Of a stretch of DNA of 42,382 bases, positions 10,750 to 23,338 are shown piece by piece. The stretch is taken from assembly GCF_006345805.1 (NCBI RefSeq), contig NW_021835140.1:1-42382 (forward strand), written 5' to 3'. Each line of letters begins with the position of its first letter. The first letter of the stretch is position 1. A model generated the notes under the pieces. That model saw only the letters and a list, made by a program, of their open reading frames with translations. It did not search any database and was not told the origin of the DNA. Origin of the DNA: Octopus sinensis. Its lineage: Eukaryota. Made by a program: the position numbers and the translations under genes.

Positions 10750-12090
10750 ATGTTTTGGCAGATTCGAACGCAGATATCCTACTCACTGTTGTGAACGTAA
10801 CTGGAGAATAGCTTCTCCCTTTTGCGACAACAATGCGTGCATAATACACTCGACTCATTGGTGTAAGGGATTCAGGGATCCCGGTGTTTCGACATGTGTC
10901 CCGTCAGTCAGAAGCACTCGAACCTTTGTGCCTAAACCAAGCCAGCGGCTTTGTGTATAATTTTAGTTTATTCGCTAAAAAATAAGAACAATATGCACAA
11001 CCAACCACATGGTTCCGGGTTCAGTCTCACTGTGTGGCATCTTGGGCAAGTGTCTTCTGCTATAGCCCCGGGCCGACCAATGCCTTGTGAGTAGATTTGG
11101 TAGACGGAAACTGAAAGAAGCCTGTCGTATATATGTATATATGTATATATATGTATGTGTGTGTATGTGTTGTGTGTCTGTGTTTGTCTCCCTAGGATTG
11201 CTTGACAACCGATGCTGGTGTGTTTATGTCCCCGTTACTTAGCGGTTCGGCAAAAAGAGACCGATAGAATAAGTACTGGGCTTGCAAAAAGAATAAGTCC
11301 CGGGGTCGAGTTGCTCGATTAAAGGCGGTGCTCCAGCATGGCCGCAGTCAAATGACTGAAACAAGTAAAAGAGTAAAAGAGAGAGTATCATCTTTGGGGA
11401 ATTTATTACAGACAGATCTTTCTAGTGATTTGTAAAGTTACAATGAAAGCATTCTGTATTTGCATTTATGTCCCCATCATCTGTAAACACAAGATTCGAT
11501 ATTTTTACATCTCATCCGTAGCGAGATCTGAAAAAATGATTTGCCTCTGAATTCTTAATACGTTCCGACAGATTCGAATGCAAGTATGCTAGTCGCTGCT
11601 GTGTATGTCACAAGGAAAAAAAAACAACTTTTCTCCTTTGCGACGATAATGCGTTCATAACATGCTCGGTTCATTGGTGCAAGGGATTCTGGGATACCGA
11701 TGTTTTGACATGTTGTATCTCGTTAGTCAGAAGTACCTGGACCTTCGAGTTTAAACAAGTCAGTGACTTTGTTTATAATTTCAGCGAACGAACTGTTTGC
11801 CGATCAGTGCTGATATCTGCCAACCGTTAAAAAGTCGTATTTCTACTGTGTACAGGGAGAGCTGAAACAATGATTTGCTGATTTATCCTTTAATACGTCG
11901 CAGCAGATTCGAAACAAATATGTTAGTGACTGTTGTGTATGTCACAGGGGAGCAGCTTCTCCCTTTTGCAATGACAATGCGTTCATAAAACGCTCGACTC
12001 ATTGGCGCAAGGATTCTGGGACACTGGTGTTTTGACATGTGATTCGTGAGCCAGAAGTACCCGGATGTTTGAGCCTAAGCAATGCACTGG
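10750..12090. repeat. Three diverged copies of a ~230-bp unit (~10750-10975, ~11565-11785, ~11900-12090)
   Basis: Shared cagattcgaa...tctcccttttgcgacaacaatgcgttcataa...gactcattggtgcaagggattctggga...tttgacatgt...tcagaagtac in all three. Confidence 0.85.
11000..11386 (+). mobile_element. SINE family A, 5'-truncated
   Basis: Matches family A from accaaccacatggttccggg to gactgaaacaagtaaaagag. Confidence 0.9.
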
Positions 12091-12133
12091 TGTCGTGGTT
12101 TCGTCTTGATACAAATAAAAGAGAGCGAGTGTA

Positions 12134-12164
<31 letters not shown>

Positions 12165-12280
12165 AGAAAATATAAAATGATACAAAAATAAGATGAAATT
12201 ATATTACAAATTTAAGGCGGAACGAAACGATACAAATAAAAGACAAAACAGAATAGTACAAAAATATGACGAAAGGAAAT

Positions 12281-12706
12281 GAATCTTTTCGGTTTGAACG
12301 GCAGTTTTTTCTAGCGATGTCATATGAAATTGTCATCCATAATTATGATCCTAGTATCGATCTATTGCATTTCAATATGTTTTAGGGTTAGAGTTAGGGT
12401 TAGGGGTGGGGGGAAGGGTATCTTTTTTTCTTCACAAATGTAAATAAACCCAATCTGTTTCTTAAACAAGGGACATATTCATACGGCACAGAATGTTTTT
12501 TTTTACCTCAATGGACGTCAGTGATTGGTTGAAATTGCAGAAATTGAAGAAAAAAAACCAACAAATATCTTACAAACTATAGAATTTTCTCAATAAAGCC
12601 AAGAGAAAAAGATGTTTTATAAACACATTCTACCAGTATACGAAGTTTAAATTTTTTAGTTACCTAGAAATTATGTTTAAAACTGCCGTTCAAACCGAAA
12701 AGATCC
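12281..12706. mobile_element. MITE with ~28-bp TIRs and a perfect 8-bp TSD
   Basis: TIRs g(g/a)atcttttcggtttgaacggcagtttt / aaaactgccgttcaaaccgaaaagatcc. TSD aaggaaat on both sides (12273-12280 and 12707-12714). Second copy at 40246-40670. Confidence 0.92.
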
Positions 12707-13428
12707 AAGGAAATCTATGTAAGGAGAAATGAAATGACACAAAAATAAGACAAATTTAAACGTTTCAAGAAACAAAACAAGAGTGACACAAAAAGGAGGA
12801 AACAAAGGAAGGACATGAAACGAATATGTTGCAGACGGAACAATAATTTATGTTAATTTATGTAAAAATAATCATGAAGAAAGAAAAGAGAACTCGTCCA
12901 CAACAAAATTTCGTCTTTATACAATCCAAAAAGTAAAACAGCAACAATCTTTGTAAAATAAATAATTAAATAAATAGTTAACAGAGATTTAAAAAAAAAA
13001 AAAAACGGGAAGGGGGGATCAGTGAGTGTTTTACAAGGTTTTGTGAGAGGATGGGAAAGATCGTGTTTGGTGAGGAAATTGTGAAGGTCCCGTGGAGTCC
13101 GGGGGTTGCAGGTCGCAAGGTCGGTTCGGATCGGGTCGGAGGAGGAAGGGAAAGGAAGAGTCTTTATTTCATATTTTGATATTTTATCTTTCTCTTTTCA
13201 TCTGGCTATTATTGTAAGAGTAGTACTACTATTAGTAGTAGTAGTAGTAGTAGTAATAATAGTTGTTGTTGTTGTTGTTGCGGTGGTAGGGGTTGGGTTG
13301 GGGGTGAGGGAGCAGGTGTATGGAGAAAGAGAGACGGAGATAGGCGGAGAAAGGCGGAGACAAGCGGAGAATAAGGAAAAAAAAACACGGGGATAAGAAC
13401 ATCGTAGTATGTGGTGCTGGTTATGGGT

Positions 13429-13535
13429 GGGTCGTGACTTTAGGGTCGTGACTTTAGGGTCGTGACTTTAGGGTCGTGACTTTAGGGTCGTGACTTTAGG
13501 GTCGTGACTTTAGGGTCGTGACTTTAGGGTCGTGA
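13429..13535. repeat. Perfect 14-bp tandem array (GGGTCGTGACTTTA) x7.6
   Basis: Seven identical units plus a partial unit, counted directly. Confidence 0.95.
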
Positions 13536-13567
13536 TATATAACGATCTGCGGAGGGATATTTTATTA

Positions 13568-13626
<59 letters not shown>

Positions 13627-14042
13627 TTATTATTAATTTTATTATCATTGTCGCAAAAGTGATGGCGGCGGAGAAACTTGATGGTGTGGGTGGGGGTCAG
13701 GTGTGTATAAAGGATGGGAGTCGAGGTCGAGGTCAAGGAGGAATGGAAAGGCAAGAGTGAGACGGAAATAGACGGTAAATGACGGAGAAAAAAATGCCGA
13801 AGAGGAGACGGGAGTTGGAACGCTCTTTTGGTTAATTTGATGGGAAGAATAATGGATATTTCGTATTGGATGTTGGTGGTGTGCACGATGAACATTGAAA
13901 TAATAATTTTCTTTTTTTTTTACTGAAAAAAAAAAAAAATCCGTATGTGCACGTGTGTGTGTGTGTGTGTATGTGTGTGTTTAAATATATATTTCTTTTG
14001 AAAGTTTTTTTTTTTTCGTTTTCAGTTTTCAATTTCTGGTGA

Positions 14043-14149
14043 ATGTTCGTACACAATCGTATATGTCCGTACACAATCGTAAATGTTCGTACACAATCGT
14101 ATATGTCCGTACACAATCGTATATGTTCGTACACAATCGTAAATGTTCG
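14043..14149. repeat. 20-bp tandem array (ATGTYCGTACACAATCGTAW) x5+
   Basis: Seen directly. Each unit contains two copies of CGTA. Confidence 0.9.
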
Positions 14150-14389
14150 TCTTTCATCGTTCAACATGAGGAAGTGGGGTGGGGGTGGGGGGAAGCAGTA
14201 TTTATTATTTTTCTTGTATGACATTTTTTTTTCTGATTTTTTTTTGTAAGTGGGTGGATAGGTGGGTAGGGATAGAAATTTTTTTTTTTTTGGTAAGGCG
14301 GTATGTGAACACGTGACGTACTTTTCTCTCGACAGAAATGTTAACACCGGTAGGGTAAAGCAGGATTACGAAGTAGCAGTAGTAGTAGT

Positions 14390-14438
<49 letters not shown>

Positions 14439-14600
14439 ATGGTGGTAGTAATACTAGTAGTTTTAGTAGTAGTAGTAGTAGTAGTAGTATCAGCAACAGT
14501 AATAGTGATTTATTAATACAGGCACAAAACCTCAGATTTATATGATCTGGAAATTAAGATTATGTGACATTCATCCCCAAACTGTTAGAAATGTGACACA

Positions 14601-14927
14601 GTTCCAATCCAGAATCGGGCGTTGTGTGTGTTTATTGAGCGAAAACACCTAAAGCTTCACGAGGCTCCGGCAGGCGGGGTGGTGGCGACACCTGTTGTAC
14701 TCTTTCGCTCCAACTTTCTCTCACTCTTTCTTCCTGTTTCTTGTCCCCGACTTCCTACACAACCGCTGAACCTGGATGCGCATTCATCCATCCGTCGATG
14801 CTCTCGGTGTCGGGGGTTGACCTGCTTTCTCTTCTGCGGGTCTTACGAATAGCAAAGGACCACGTTTCGGACTTCTCCCACTACTGGGACGAAGACCGCT
14901 TCGCTCAACAAACAAACAAACAAACAA
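14601..14927 (+). mobile_element. Family B-type SINE body with a different 3' tail ending in (CAAA)n
   Basis: Shares tttattgagcgaaaacacctaaagct...aactttctctcactctt with family B, then diverges to ...gcttcgctcaacaaacaaacaaac. Confidence 0.75.
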
Positions 14928-15477
14928 GCAGCAGCTGCAGTAGCAGCCAGGGATTTCTAATATAGACTAAAAATTATAAAATTTTGGTTAGAATACCGAG
15001 GATGAAATTAACTCTTGGTCTTGGAAGAAAGCATGACGAAGTTAATTTCAGTGAAATTTGAAGTCGGAACGTAAAGAAACGTAACTCAATAATGCAACGT
15101 ATTTTCTGTCCGCTGCTCAACCGGTTTTTGCCAGCACTTCACAACAACAAATAATTATATCAGATCAGTTCGCTTTGCTCTCTCTCTCTCTCATGCCAAA
15201 ATCTAGACATGCGTGTTTAGACTGACAAGGAGATGAAGATGAAATGAAATCAGAGATGCAAAAAAAAAAAAAAAAGATCTTGCTCAACAGGACTCAAAAT
15301 CTAAACGCAGTTTTAAAACGTAACCAGGTAGGGCAAAAGTTCAAATCCCGTATAATACGCTCTCACTTCAAAAGCACAACTCACGCAGAACGCTTTCTGC
15401 GCAGCGCACACACTCAATACACACACACTCACACATACTTTACGGAATCTTGAAATAATGCTTACTAATTTTGGCAC

Positions 15478-15677
15478 AAGGGCAGCAATATTTAGGGGTG
15501 GAGGCGAGGCGATTACATCAACCCCAGTACTTGACTGGTACATTGTTTTATTGACCCCGATAGGATGATAAGCAAAATCAATCTCGGTAGGATTTGAACT
15601 CAGAACGTAAAAAGCCGAAAGAAATATTGCTAAGCATTTTCTCCAACATGCTAACGATTCTGCCATCTCGCCACCTT
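15478..15677 (-). mobile_element. Degraded SINE family E copy
   Basis: gattacatcaaccccagtac...ggatttgaactcagaacgtaa...gctaacgattctgcca matches 16141-16368. Confidence 0.7.
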
Positions 15678-15784
15678 ATCATCGCCAAATAATATAACTC
15701 ATCCAAGATAATCTCCAACGCATACGTGCACTTCCAGGTCAGCATCCAATGAATGATACGATACAAACTCTTACGCAATCGCTA

Positions 15785-16117
15785 CCTGATACTAAATAGG
15801 ATAAAAACCCCTTCGGTCATGAACGACCATGGAATTGCACCTAGAAAGTTACCCTCCGAGGCACAAGTCCAAGCAAGCTTGTTTGTGGAAGACAAGCAGT
15901 CGTCCATGCATACCAACCTCATCTCTCCACGCCACGCCACGCCTCGCCACGCCACCGATATTATCCAAGGGAAAGGCAAAGGGGCCGATACAGCTTGGCA
16001 TCAGTGATGTTGCAATTCATTTCTGCAACTGAATGAACTGGGGCGACGTGAAATAAAGTGTTTTGCCCAAGAACACAACACACAACCTGGTCCGGGAATC
16101 GAACTCATGATTGCGAC
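15785..16117 (-). mobile_element. CORE-like SINE (family C related), head truncated
   Basis: Contains gttcgattcccggacc and ttgggcaaaacactttatttcacgtcgccccagttcattcag on the minus strand, similar to 2183-2389. Confidence 0.6.
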
Positions 16118-16140
16118 TATCTTTCTCTCTCTATATATAT

Positions 16141-16368
16141 TTCTTTATTGCCCACAAGGGGCTAAACATAGAGGGGACAAACACGGACAGACAAAGGGAT
16201 CAAGTCGTTTACATCGACCCCAGTGCGTAACTGGTACTTAATTTATCGACCCCGAAAGGATGAAAGGCAAAGTCGACTTCGGCGGAATTTGAACTCAGAA
16301 CGTAACGACAGACGAAATACGGCTACGCATTTCGCCCGGCGTGCTAACGTTTCTGCCAGCTCGCCGCC
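16141..16368 (-). mobile_element. SINE family E, full-length
   Basis: Head ggcggcgagctggcagaaacgttagc...gagttcaaattcc. Central gcctttcatcctttcggggtcgataaattaagtaccag resembles the Meta-type SINE domain. Tail ...agccccttgtgggcaataaagaa. Confidence 0.88.
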
Positions 16369-17171
16369 TTCTCTCTCTATATATGTATATACATGGCGGC
16401 GTGCACAGCATGTCTCTGATTGTTGTGGTGGTAGTGAAAATAGCAATATTCGAGGAAGTTGTAAAAATGGAAGAGGTGGAAACGATAAAAGCTACAGAGT
16501 CGCAATGTATCGAAGTTCCTTTTGTTGAGGCACTTAGTTCCGTTTTCTGTTATATTTCTTTGTCTCTCGTCATTTGTCTCTTTCTTTCTCGCTCCTTATT
16601 TTATTCTGCCGTTAGATGGCGTTGAGATAAAGCGGAAGTCAGCATGGCAGGTTCAATGTTAAACTTCAGAATAAGAAATTTAAAATTATAGCCATCATGT
16701 CTGGGTTTGAACAGTAATCGATCAAAAACACTGCATTGCATTGTAAGAATTTAGAATAGCTTTCTAATAGTCCCCAGCACTACTCTCACCACTTCAACTA
16801 AACAAAAAGAAAAACAAAACAAAACAAAACAAGGAAAACATAAAACCAATATAAATTATTGAAAACTCTCTGGGAAGAATGTAATGTTGTGATAGTCATC
16901 CTTTCCTCTATGCTAAATGTAAAGGAAATAATTGTAACTGGGGACAGAAAGCCCCAACGTAATAGGTAAACCAGGATTGAGCCGAAGAGTCGAAATACTA
17001 CGCATAAAGAAATACGAATTGTTTTGTACCGAATTTGATGGTTTATTGAACTATTTCTACCCCAACCCCCAACACCGGGTTTTCTATTTAATTTTCGTTC
17101 GTTCGAGTTCAATAATACAGTTAGGTACCAGTGATATACGAGGTTAGATTCATCAACTGTTTACCCTATCT

Positions 17172-17340
17172 TGACCTAAGGCGACTTTCTCTCACTCTCT
17201 TCCTGTTTTTTGAGTAACGCTGCGATGGACTGGCGTCCCGTCCAGCTGGTGGGGGGAGGGGAACACATACGCCACAGAAACCGGGAAACCGGGCCCATGA
17301 GCCTGGCTAGGCTTGAAAAGGGCGCATAAATAAATAAATA
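17172..17340 (+). mobile_element. 3' fragment of a family B-related SINE
   Basis: actttctctcactct...tgcgatggactggcgtcccgtccag...gaaaccgggaaaccgggccc parallels the family B tail but ends in (TAAA)n. Confidence 0.65.
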
Positions 17341-18759
17341 TCTACTCAACTTGTCCTTAATGTACTAACTGTGCTCTTTTGTACTAACTTTTGTACTAAC
17401 TTTTGTGAACCAAGGTGGTTCTTAATCTCGAGGACTTTGTGAAGACTACTTGCCTTGCCACATAATGCTGTCTTCTGGATTTTACAATTATCGACACTAT
17501 TCTGGACAAAATGCTAGGCGGCATTTCATCCGTCTCTACGTTCATAAAAGGCAAAAACGTCCTCGGCGGAATTTGAACCCTGAACCTAAGGACGGACGAA
17601 ATACCTCCAGATAGTTCGTTCGGCGAACTAACGATTCGGCCAGCGCGGCGCCTTTGCTGCTGATATTATGATTGTTGCTGTTGTTGCTATTATTAAACGT
17701 TGTTGCCTTTACTATTTGTTCATATCACACCACAGATATTGCTGTTGTTATTAGTATTGTTATTGTTGTTGTTATTGTTAAACGATATTATTGAAGTTGT
17801 TTGTTGTTGCTTTGCTGATGATGCTAACGTTATTAAATATTGATACATTTGTTGTTGTTGGATTCCACCACCATCTAATTAGTATTACTTTCGGTTAACG
17901 TTAGTAATTAAAGTTATTAAAGTAATTAATAAATAATTAGCAAAAAAAAACAACAACGATTGATTCTCGCTAGACGATGGTGAGGTCACAGAGTCAACCA
18001 ATGATGAGGTCAAATTAAACAACGGTTTAAATCCAAACAATCAATAATTTAGGCCAAATCAGCGAAAGATGACCTTGTGTAGCAATGACCTTGTGTAGGA
18101 TCGAAGGAGGTTAATAACAGAAGCTCAATGGAATAAAGATTACAAAAGAAAAAAAAAACACTAACAATAAATAAAAAAAAGCTCACACACGTCGTTAAAG
18201 GGTCAACAAAAGGGCAAACAACAACGACCCCTATATTGAATATTACCCCCCCTCTTTTATCTCTTCCCTCTTTTCTACCACCTCCTCCTCCTACTACTCT
18301 TTCCCCGTGTTGCATATAAGTAGTAACACAACACGTCTTCAAAACTCGCTCGCTTTTAGCATTCACAAATTCTTCCCCAGCAACTATACCACCACCACCA
18401 CCACCACCATCATCATCATCATCCTCGTATCATCATCACCATCAAATACAAAAACAAAAACAAAAACAAAAAAAAATAGAAAACAAAGGAAAGAAAAAGA
18501 AAGCCAAAGCAATCGTTAGTCGATGGTGAGGTCAAGAAGTCAATCGATGGTGGGTTTTTGACCTCAACACTGGTGACGCAAAATGTCATCATCGTCGCCA
18601 CCATCGCCACAACCACCACCGCCACTGCCGCCGCCGCCGCCGTTACCACCACTACCATCTTCCACCATCGTCGCCATTACTGCACTAACCACTACTATCA
18701 CTTACACTATCACCACTCCTACCACCATTATGCTCATTATCTCCAGCATATATATATAT

Positions 18760-18816
<57 letters not shown>

Positions 18817-19345
18817 CATATATATATGTATACATACATATATATACATGCACACACATGCCTATATCTATATATATATTTACAACTGTCAACGTCCACA
18901 TCTTGCCGCACATCCGACTTTTCTCCATCAATAATTTTCCCTCTTCTATTCCTCATCCGCCTCCTCCTTTTCGTCCTCCTCTTCATCGTCAAGACGAATC
19001 ATATTATTATTTTAGTGGTACTCGGAGTCGACGCTAAATGTCGCTATTGCTACAGAATACACACAACACGTCTCCATTGCTAGCCTCACAAACACCAGAC
19101 CAATATTATCGCCGCTATCTTCATCGGCCGAAATCTTCGTTATCATCTTCATCCTCATTTTCATCCTCATCCTCATCATCATCACTATCATCATCACCAC
19201 CACTATCATCAACATCACTCTCATTATTACACGTGCACACACAGATGTATGTATGTATGTATGTATGTATGTATGTACGCATGTATGTATGTATGTATGT
19301 GTGTGTATATACATATGCATATGTATAAACATATAAGTGTTTATG

Positions 19346-19376
<31 letters not shown>

Positions 19377-19499
19377 ATAAGTATATATATATATATATAC
19401 ATATACATACAACTATGTGTGTGTGTATATATAGAAAAAGGTTATTTGCCTGCCAACCCAATGTGGCAGTCCCGGTTGAGAGATGTTTCTCTTTCTCTA

Positions 19500-19592
<93 letters not shown>

Positions 19593-20370
19593 TATGCATC
19601 TATGCGTGAGTATGTGTGTGTATGCGTACATGTATCCATGTGTGTGTGTGAGTGTGCACGAGAATGTTACATAGAAGTAGGGCTAGTTATATTTATGTAT
19701 GGAAAGATATATTTGGAATGTGTGAAAAGTGTAAGTCTCAACATATGTGAGTATGTATGCGTGTGTGTGTGTCTATGTTTTTTGTGTGTGTATGTGTGTG
19801 TATGTGTGTTAATGTACGAGCGCGTATGTTCCAGTTTGTATGAGGTACAGCAAAGGTTGCGTATCTGTTATGAAATTACTATCTGAAAAACGGTCGGAAG
19901 CAAGCCATAAATTTTATCAGCTACTTAGTGGTTTTTTTCTTATTCTAAGCAATAAATACATAATTTCGTATGTTCACTTGAAAATTTTATCTCTAATACA
20001 TCAAGATGTAACGAAAAGATGGGTGCACTTTAACGATGAACATTAAAAGAATAACGAAAAAAAAAAAAAAAGCGGAACATGGCCGGATGTAGCTTCTGTG
20101 AAGCTATATTACGCTGATGAGTTTTTAAAACGTGAAACACCAACGGAGTAGTTTCGCATAAGGTGGTACTTGGCCTGTTGACTTATAATAACCGAAATGA
20201 CATTGTATGTTTTTGCATTTGTGGCGCTCTGCAGAAGGATGTCTGAGTGTATATGCATCATATATAGTTAGAATGCACTTTTAAATGCCTATACATACAT
20301 ATATATGTATATATATATATTATATGTACATAAATATATGCATATGTATATATATATATATCTATATATA

Positions 20371-20473
20371 AGGCCTGCTCGCTTAGCCAGCGGGGTGGCG
20401 TCATTTGAAGGCTAAAACAATGCGAAGCGCATTGTGACCAGCAATGTGTAGCAACATCTGATAGCATGGTCGG
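20371..20473 (+). mobile_element. 3' fragment of SINE family D
   Basis: Reverse-complement match to ~2600-2690. Confidence 0.65.
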
Positions 20474-20561
20474 AAAAGGAAAGGAAAAGGATGTATATAT
20501 ATTTATATATATATATATATATCTATATATATATGTATATGCTGACATCTAAATGTGTGTT

Positions 20562-20629
<68 letters not shown>

Positions 20630-20788
20630 CGTGTACATACATAGGTGTATATATATTTAGGTATAAAATATATACTTACAATAATTTTATGTAGAAATAT
20701 CAGGAGTTAACACATGTCGCACACACACACTTCTACGCATTCTTTCTTAAATAAATAACTTTACATGCACACCCGAACACATTCCCTT

Positions 20789-20839
<51 letters not shown>

Positions 20840-21218
20840 CACATGTATTCGCAGAGCATATACGTAGATAAAGAACTGTCACTTCTTTCGCTACTGATTG
20901 GGGTGGGGTGGGAGGAGGAGGAAGGGTGGGAGAAGTGCAATAGGCTCCCAGTAAATGACTGGTACTTAACTGCATCGATAACAAACGCAAGAAAGTTCAA
21001 TGTCGCCCACGATGAGATATGTACTCATAAAAAAACACAGAAATCATCATCGTCGTCGTCATCATCATCGTCGTCGTCATCATCATCATCACCATCATCA
21101 TCAACAACAACTAGAATAACTATCACCTAATCTCTATTAGATACTTCTACACCAATCTTGTTAACATGCTTGTAGGTAAGGTAAAGGAAAATAGGTCTCT
21201 CACTATATATATCTATAT

Positions 21219-21266
<48 letters not shown>

Positions 21267-21994
21267 GTGTTTATATATGCACATATATGCACACATATAC
21301 GTAGTATGATCAAATGTCAACTAACACGCATTTTACAGGCTATACACTGTTTCCTGTATGATGTAAAAGTCGCATAATACAACGATCAGACCTGCAGGAA
21401 CAAAAAAGAAGAATCGTCTCGCTTCTTCACAGAAGAAAGGAGTACTGCTACATGTCTAATGTATAATGGGTGCTAGATCGGAAGAACTACATTGCATGGT
21501 ATATTCAGCGGTACATTCAGCTTCCATCTTAAAGAAGTACGACGATTTTTTTTTAGTGGGCCCGATGATTGTAGTATGGACTTACATACATGCGAACACA
21601 TAGAAATAGGTTCTGATTTTAGGTAGTTGACATTGAACTTCTCAGATTTAGAAATGGGAGCAGATAATAGAATATACATACAATATGGCTATATATATAT
21701 ATATATATATATGTATACACACACATACACAGTCCGCTAGTCCTTCTAAATGAAAATGTGCGTATAATTTGAATTATTTACCAAAGTTAGTTATAAATCG
21801 GTATATTTAACCTTTCCTCATTCTCTTGTTGTTATTAGAATTTACAAGAAATCTTCAAAATATATTCCAACAGATTCTCATTTCTTCTTGTTCTGGTGGG
21901 CAGAAATTTGAAGTAATACATGTGCGTAACAAATGAAGATCGCAGCACCACCATATTTATATAAACGAATGTATGTATATACATATATATATAT

Positions 21995-22080
<86 letters not shown>

Positions 22081-22659
22081 GTATATATATATATATTATA
22101 TATATATTATACATACATGCACACACATATATGCATGCAAAGCAACGTATTTTGAGGGTGTTCCTTTCATGTTGTGGAAGCACCCACGTGTTCAATGTGA
22201 TCTCGCGAGAATTCTCATGAAGCCTTGTTTGTTTGTTTGTTTACTGTTTGTTGTAAGTCGCACGCGCTGTTCCTCGATTTATTATAACGGTGTCACTAAG
22301 ATCACTCTGTAAACAAATATATGCGAAACAACGTGAAACCGGGGGTAACATATTACATGTACACATACATACATACATGTATGTATATGCATGTGCATGT
22401 ACATATCATATATAATATATATATATAATATATATATAATTATATATATATAATATATATATATATATTACATACACCTACGTATATCATATATATGTAT
22501 AATACACAACACACACACACAGATATACACATACTTCATCGTCAATATGGTTTTTCTTTCTCATACGATAACATTGCGGTTGAAGTAACACTACTACTAC
22601 TGCTACTACTACTACTACTATTATTACTACTACTACTGTTACTACCCATAACAATAATC

Positions 22660-22885
22660 TTTTGTACTCTAGGCACAGTGCCCGAAATTTTTTGGAGAGG
22701 GAGCCAGTCGATTAGATTGACCCCCACCCCCTACCCAGTACGCAACTGGTACTTAATTTATCGACCCCCCGAAAGGATGAAAGGCAAAGTCGACCTCGGC
22801 GGAATTTGAACTCAGAACGTAAAGGCAGACGAAATACCGCTTTGCATTTCGCCCGACGTGCTAACGTTTCTGCCAGTTCGCCGCC
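22660..22885 (-). mobile_element. SINE family E, subfamily with an alternative 3' end
   Basis: Head and centre nearly identical to 16141-16368, but the tail is ...tttcgggcactgtgcctagagtacaaaag. Confidence 0.85.
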
Positions 22886-23272
22886 ACCTTACTGGCCATA
22901 ACAATAATATAAGCATTGACGAGATCAATGATTATAATGATAATAATGATAATAATAATTAACGATTTCTTATATAGACAAAATATTTTTTCTTATGTAT
23001 ATATACATATGTATGTATTATATCTTATATATATATATGGTTGAAGAAATTCAATCTGTGCGGTATTCTTTGCCTTTCTCATTAGGGCTTTAGCGACATC
23101 AGTGAAGTGAAAAATTAACAATTGGGAATCAATGCTGGATCGATTTGCTTTACAACGCTGTGGGGCTTGCTTTTTCTCTCTCTTTCTACAGCTTATTATT
23201 ATTTTAATTAAATGATGTTTAATTAATAAATCAATGTCTTCCATATATATATATATATATATATATAATAAT

Positions 23273-23338
<66 letters not shown>

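Noticed and set aside
12383-12406. TTAGGG repeats as a telomere or chromosome-fusion relic
   Set aside because: Only about four units, internal to a MITE that is present twice in the window.
13429-14149. 14-mer and 20-mer arrays as CRISPR repeats
   Set aside because: The units are contiguous with no unique spacers, there are no cas genes, and the context is eukaryotic.
20111-20156. CTGATGA...GAAAC as another hammerhead
   Set aside because: Two extra bases separate stem II from GAAAC, and no stem I pairing exists around any candidate cleavage triplet.
21470-21630. Plus-strand frame ILKKYDDFFSGPDD...EHIEIG as a Gypsy pol fragment or host exon
   Set aside because: The similarity is too short and weak to call by eye, and there are no flanking RT motifs or clear splice sites.
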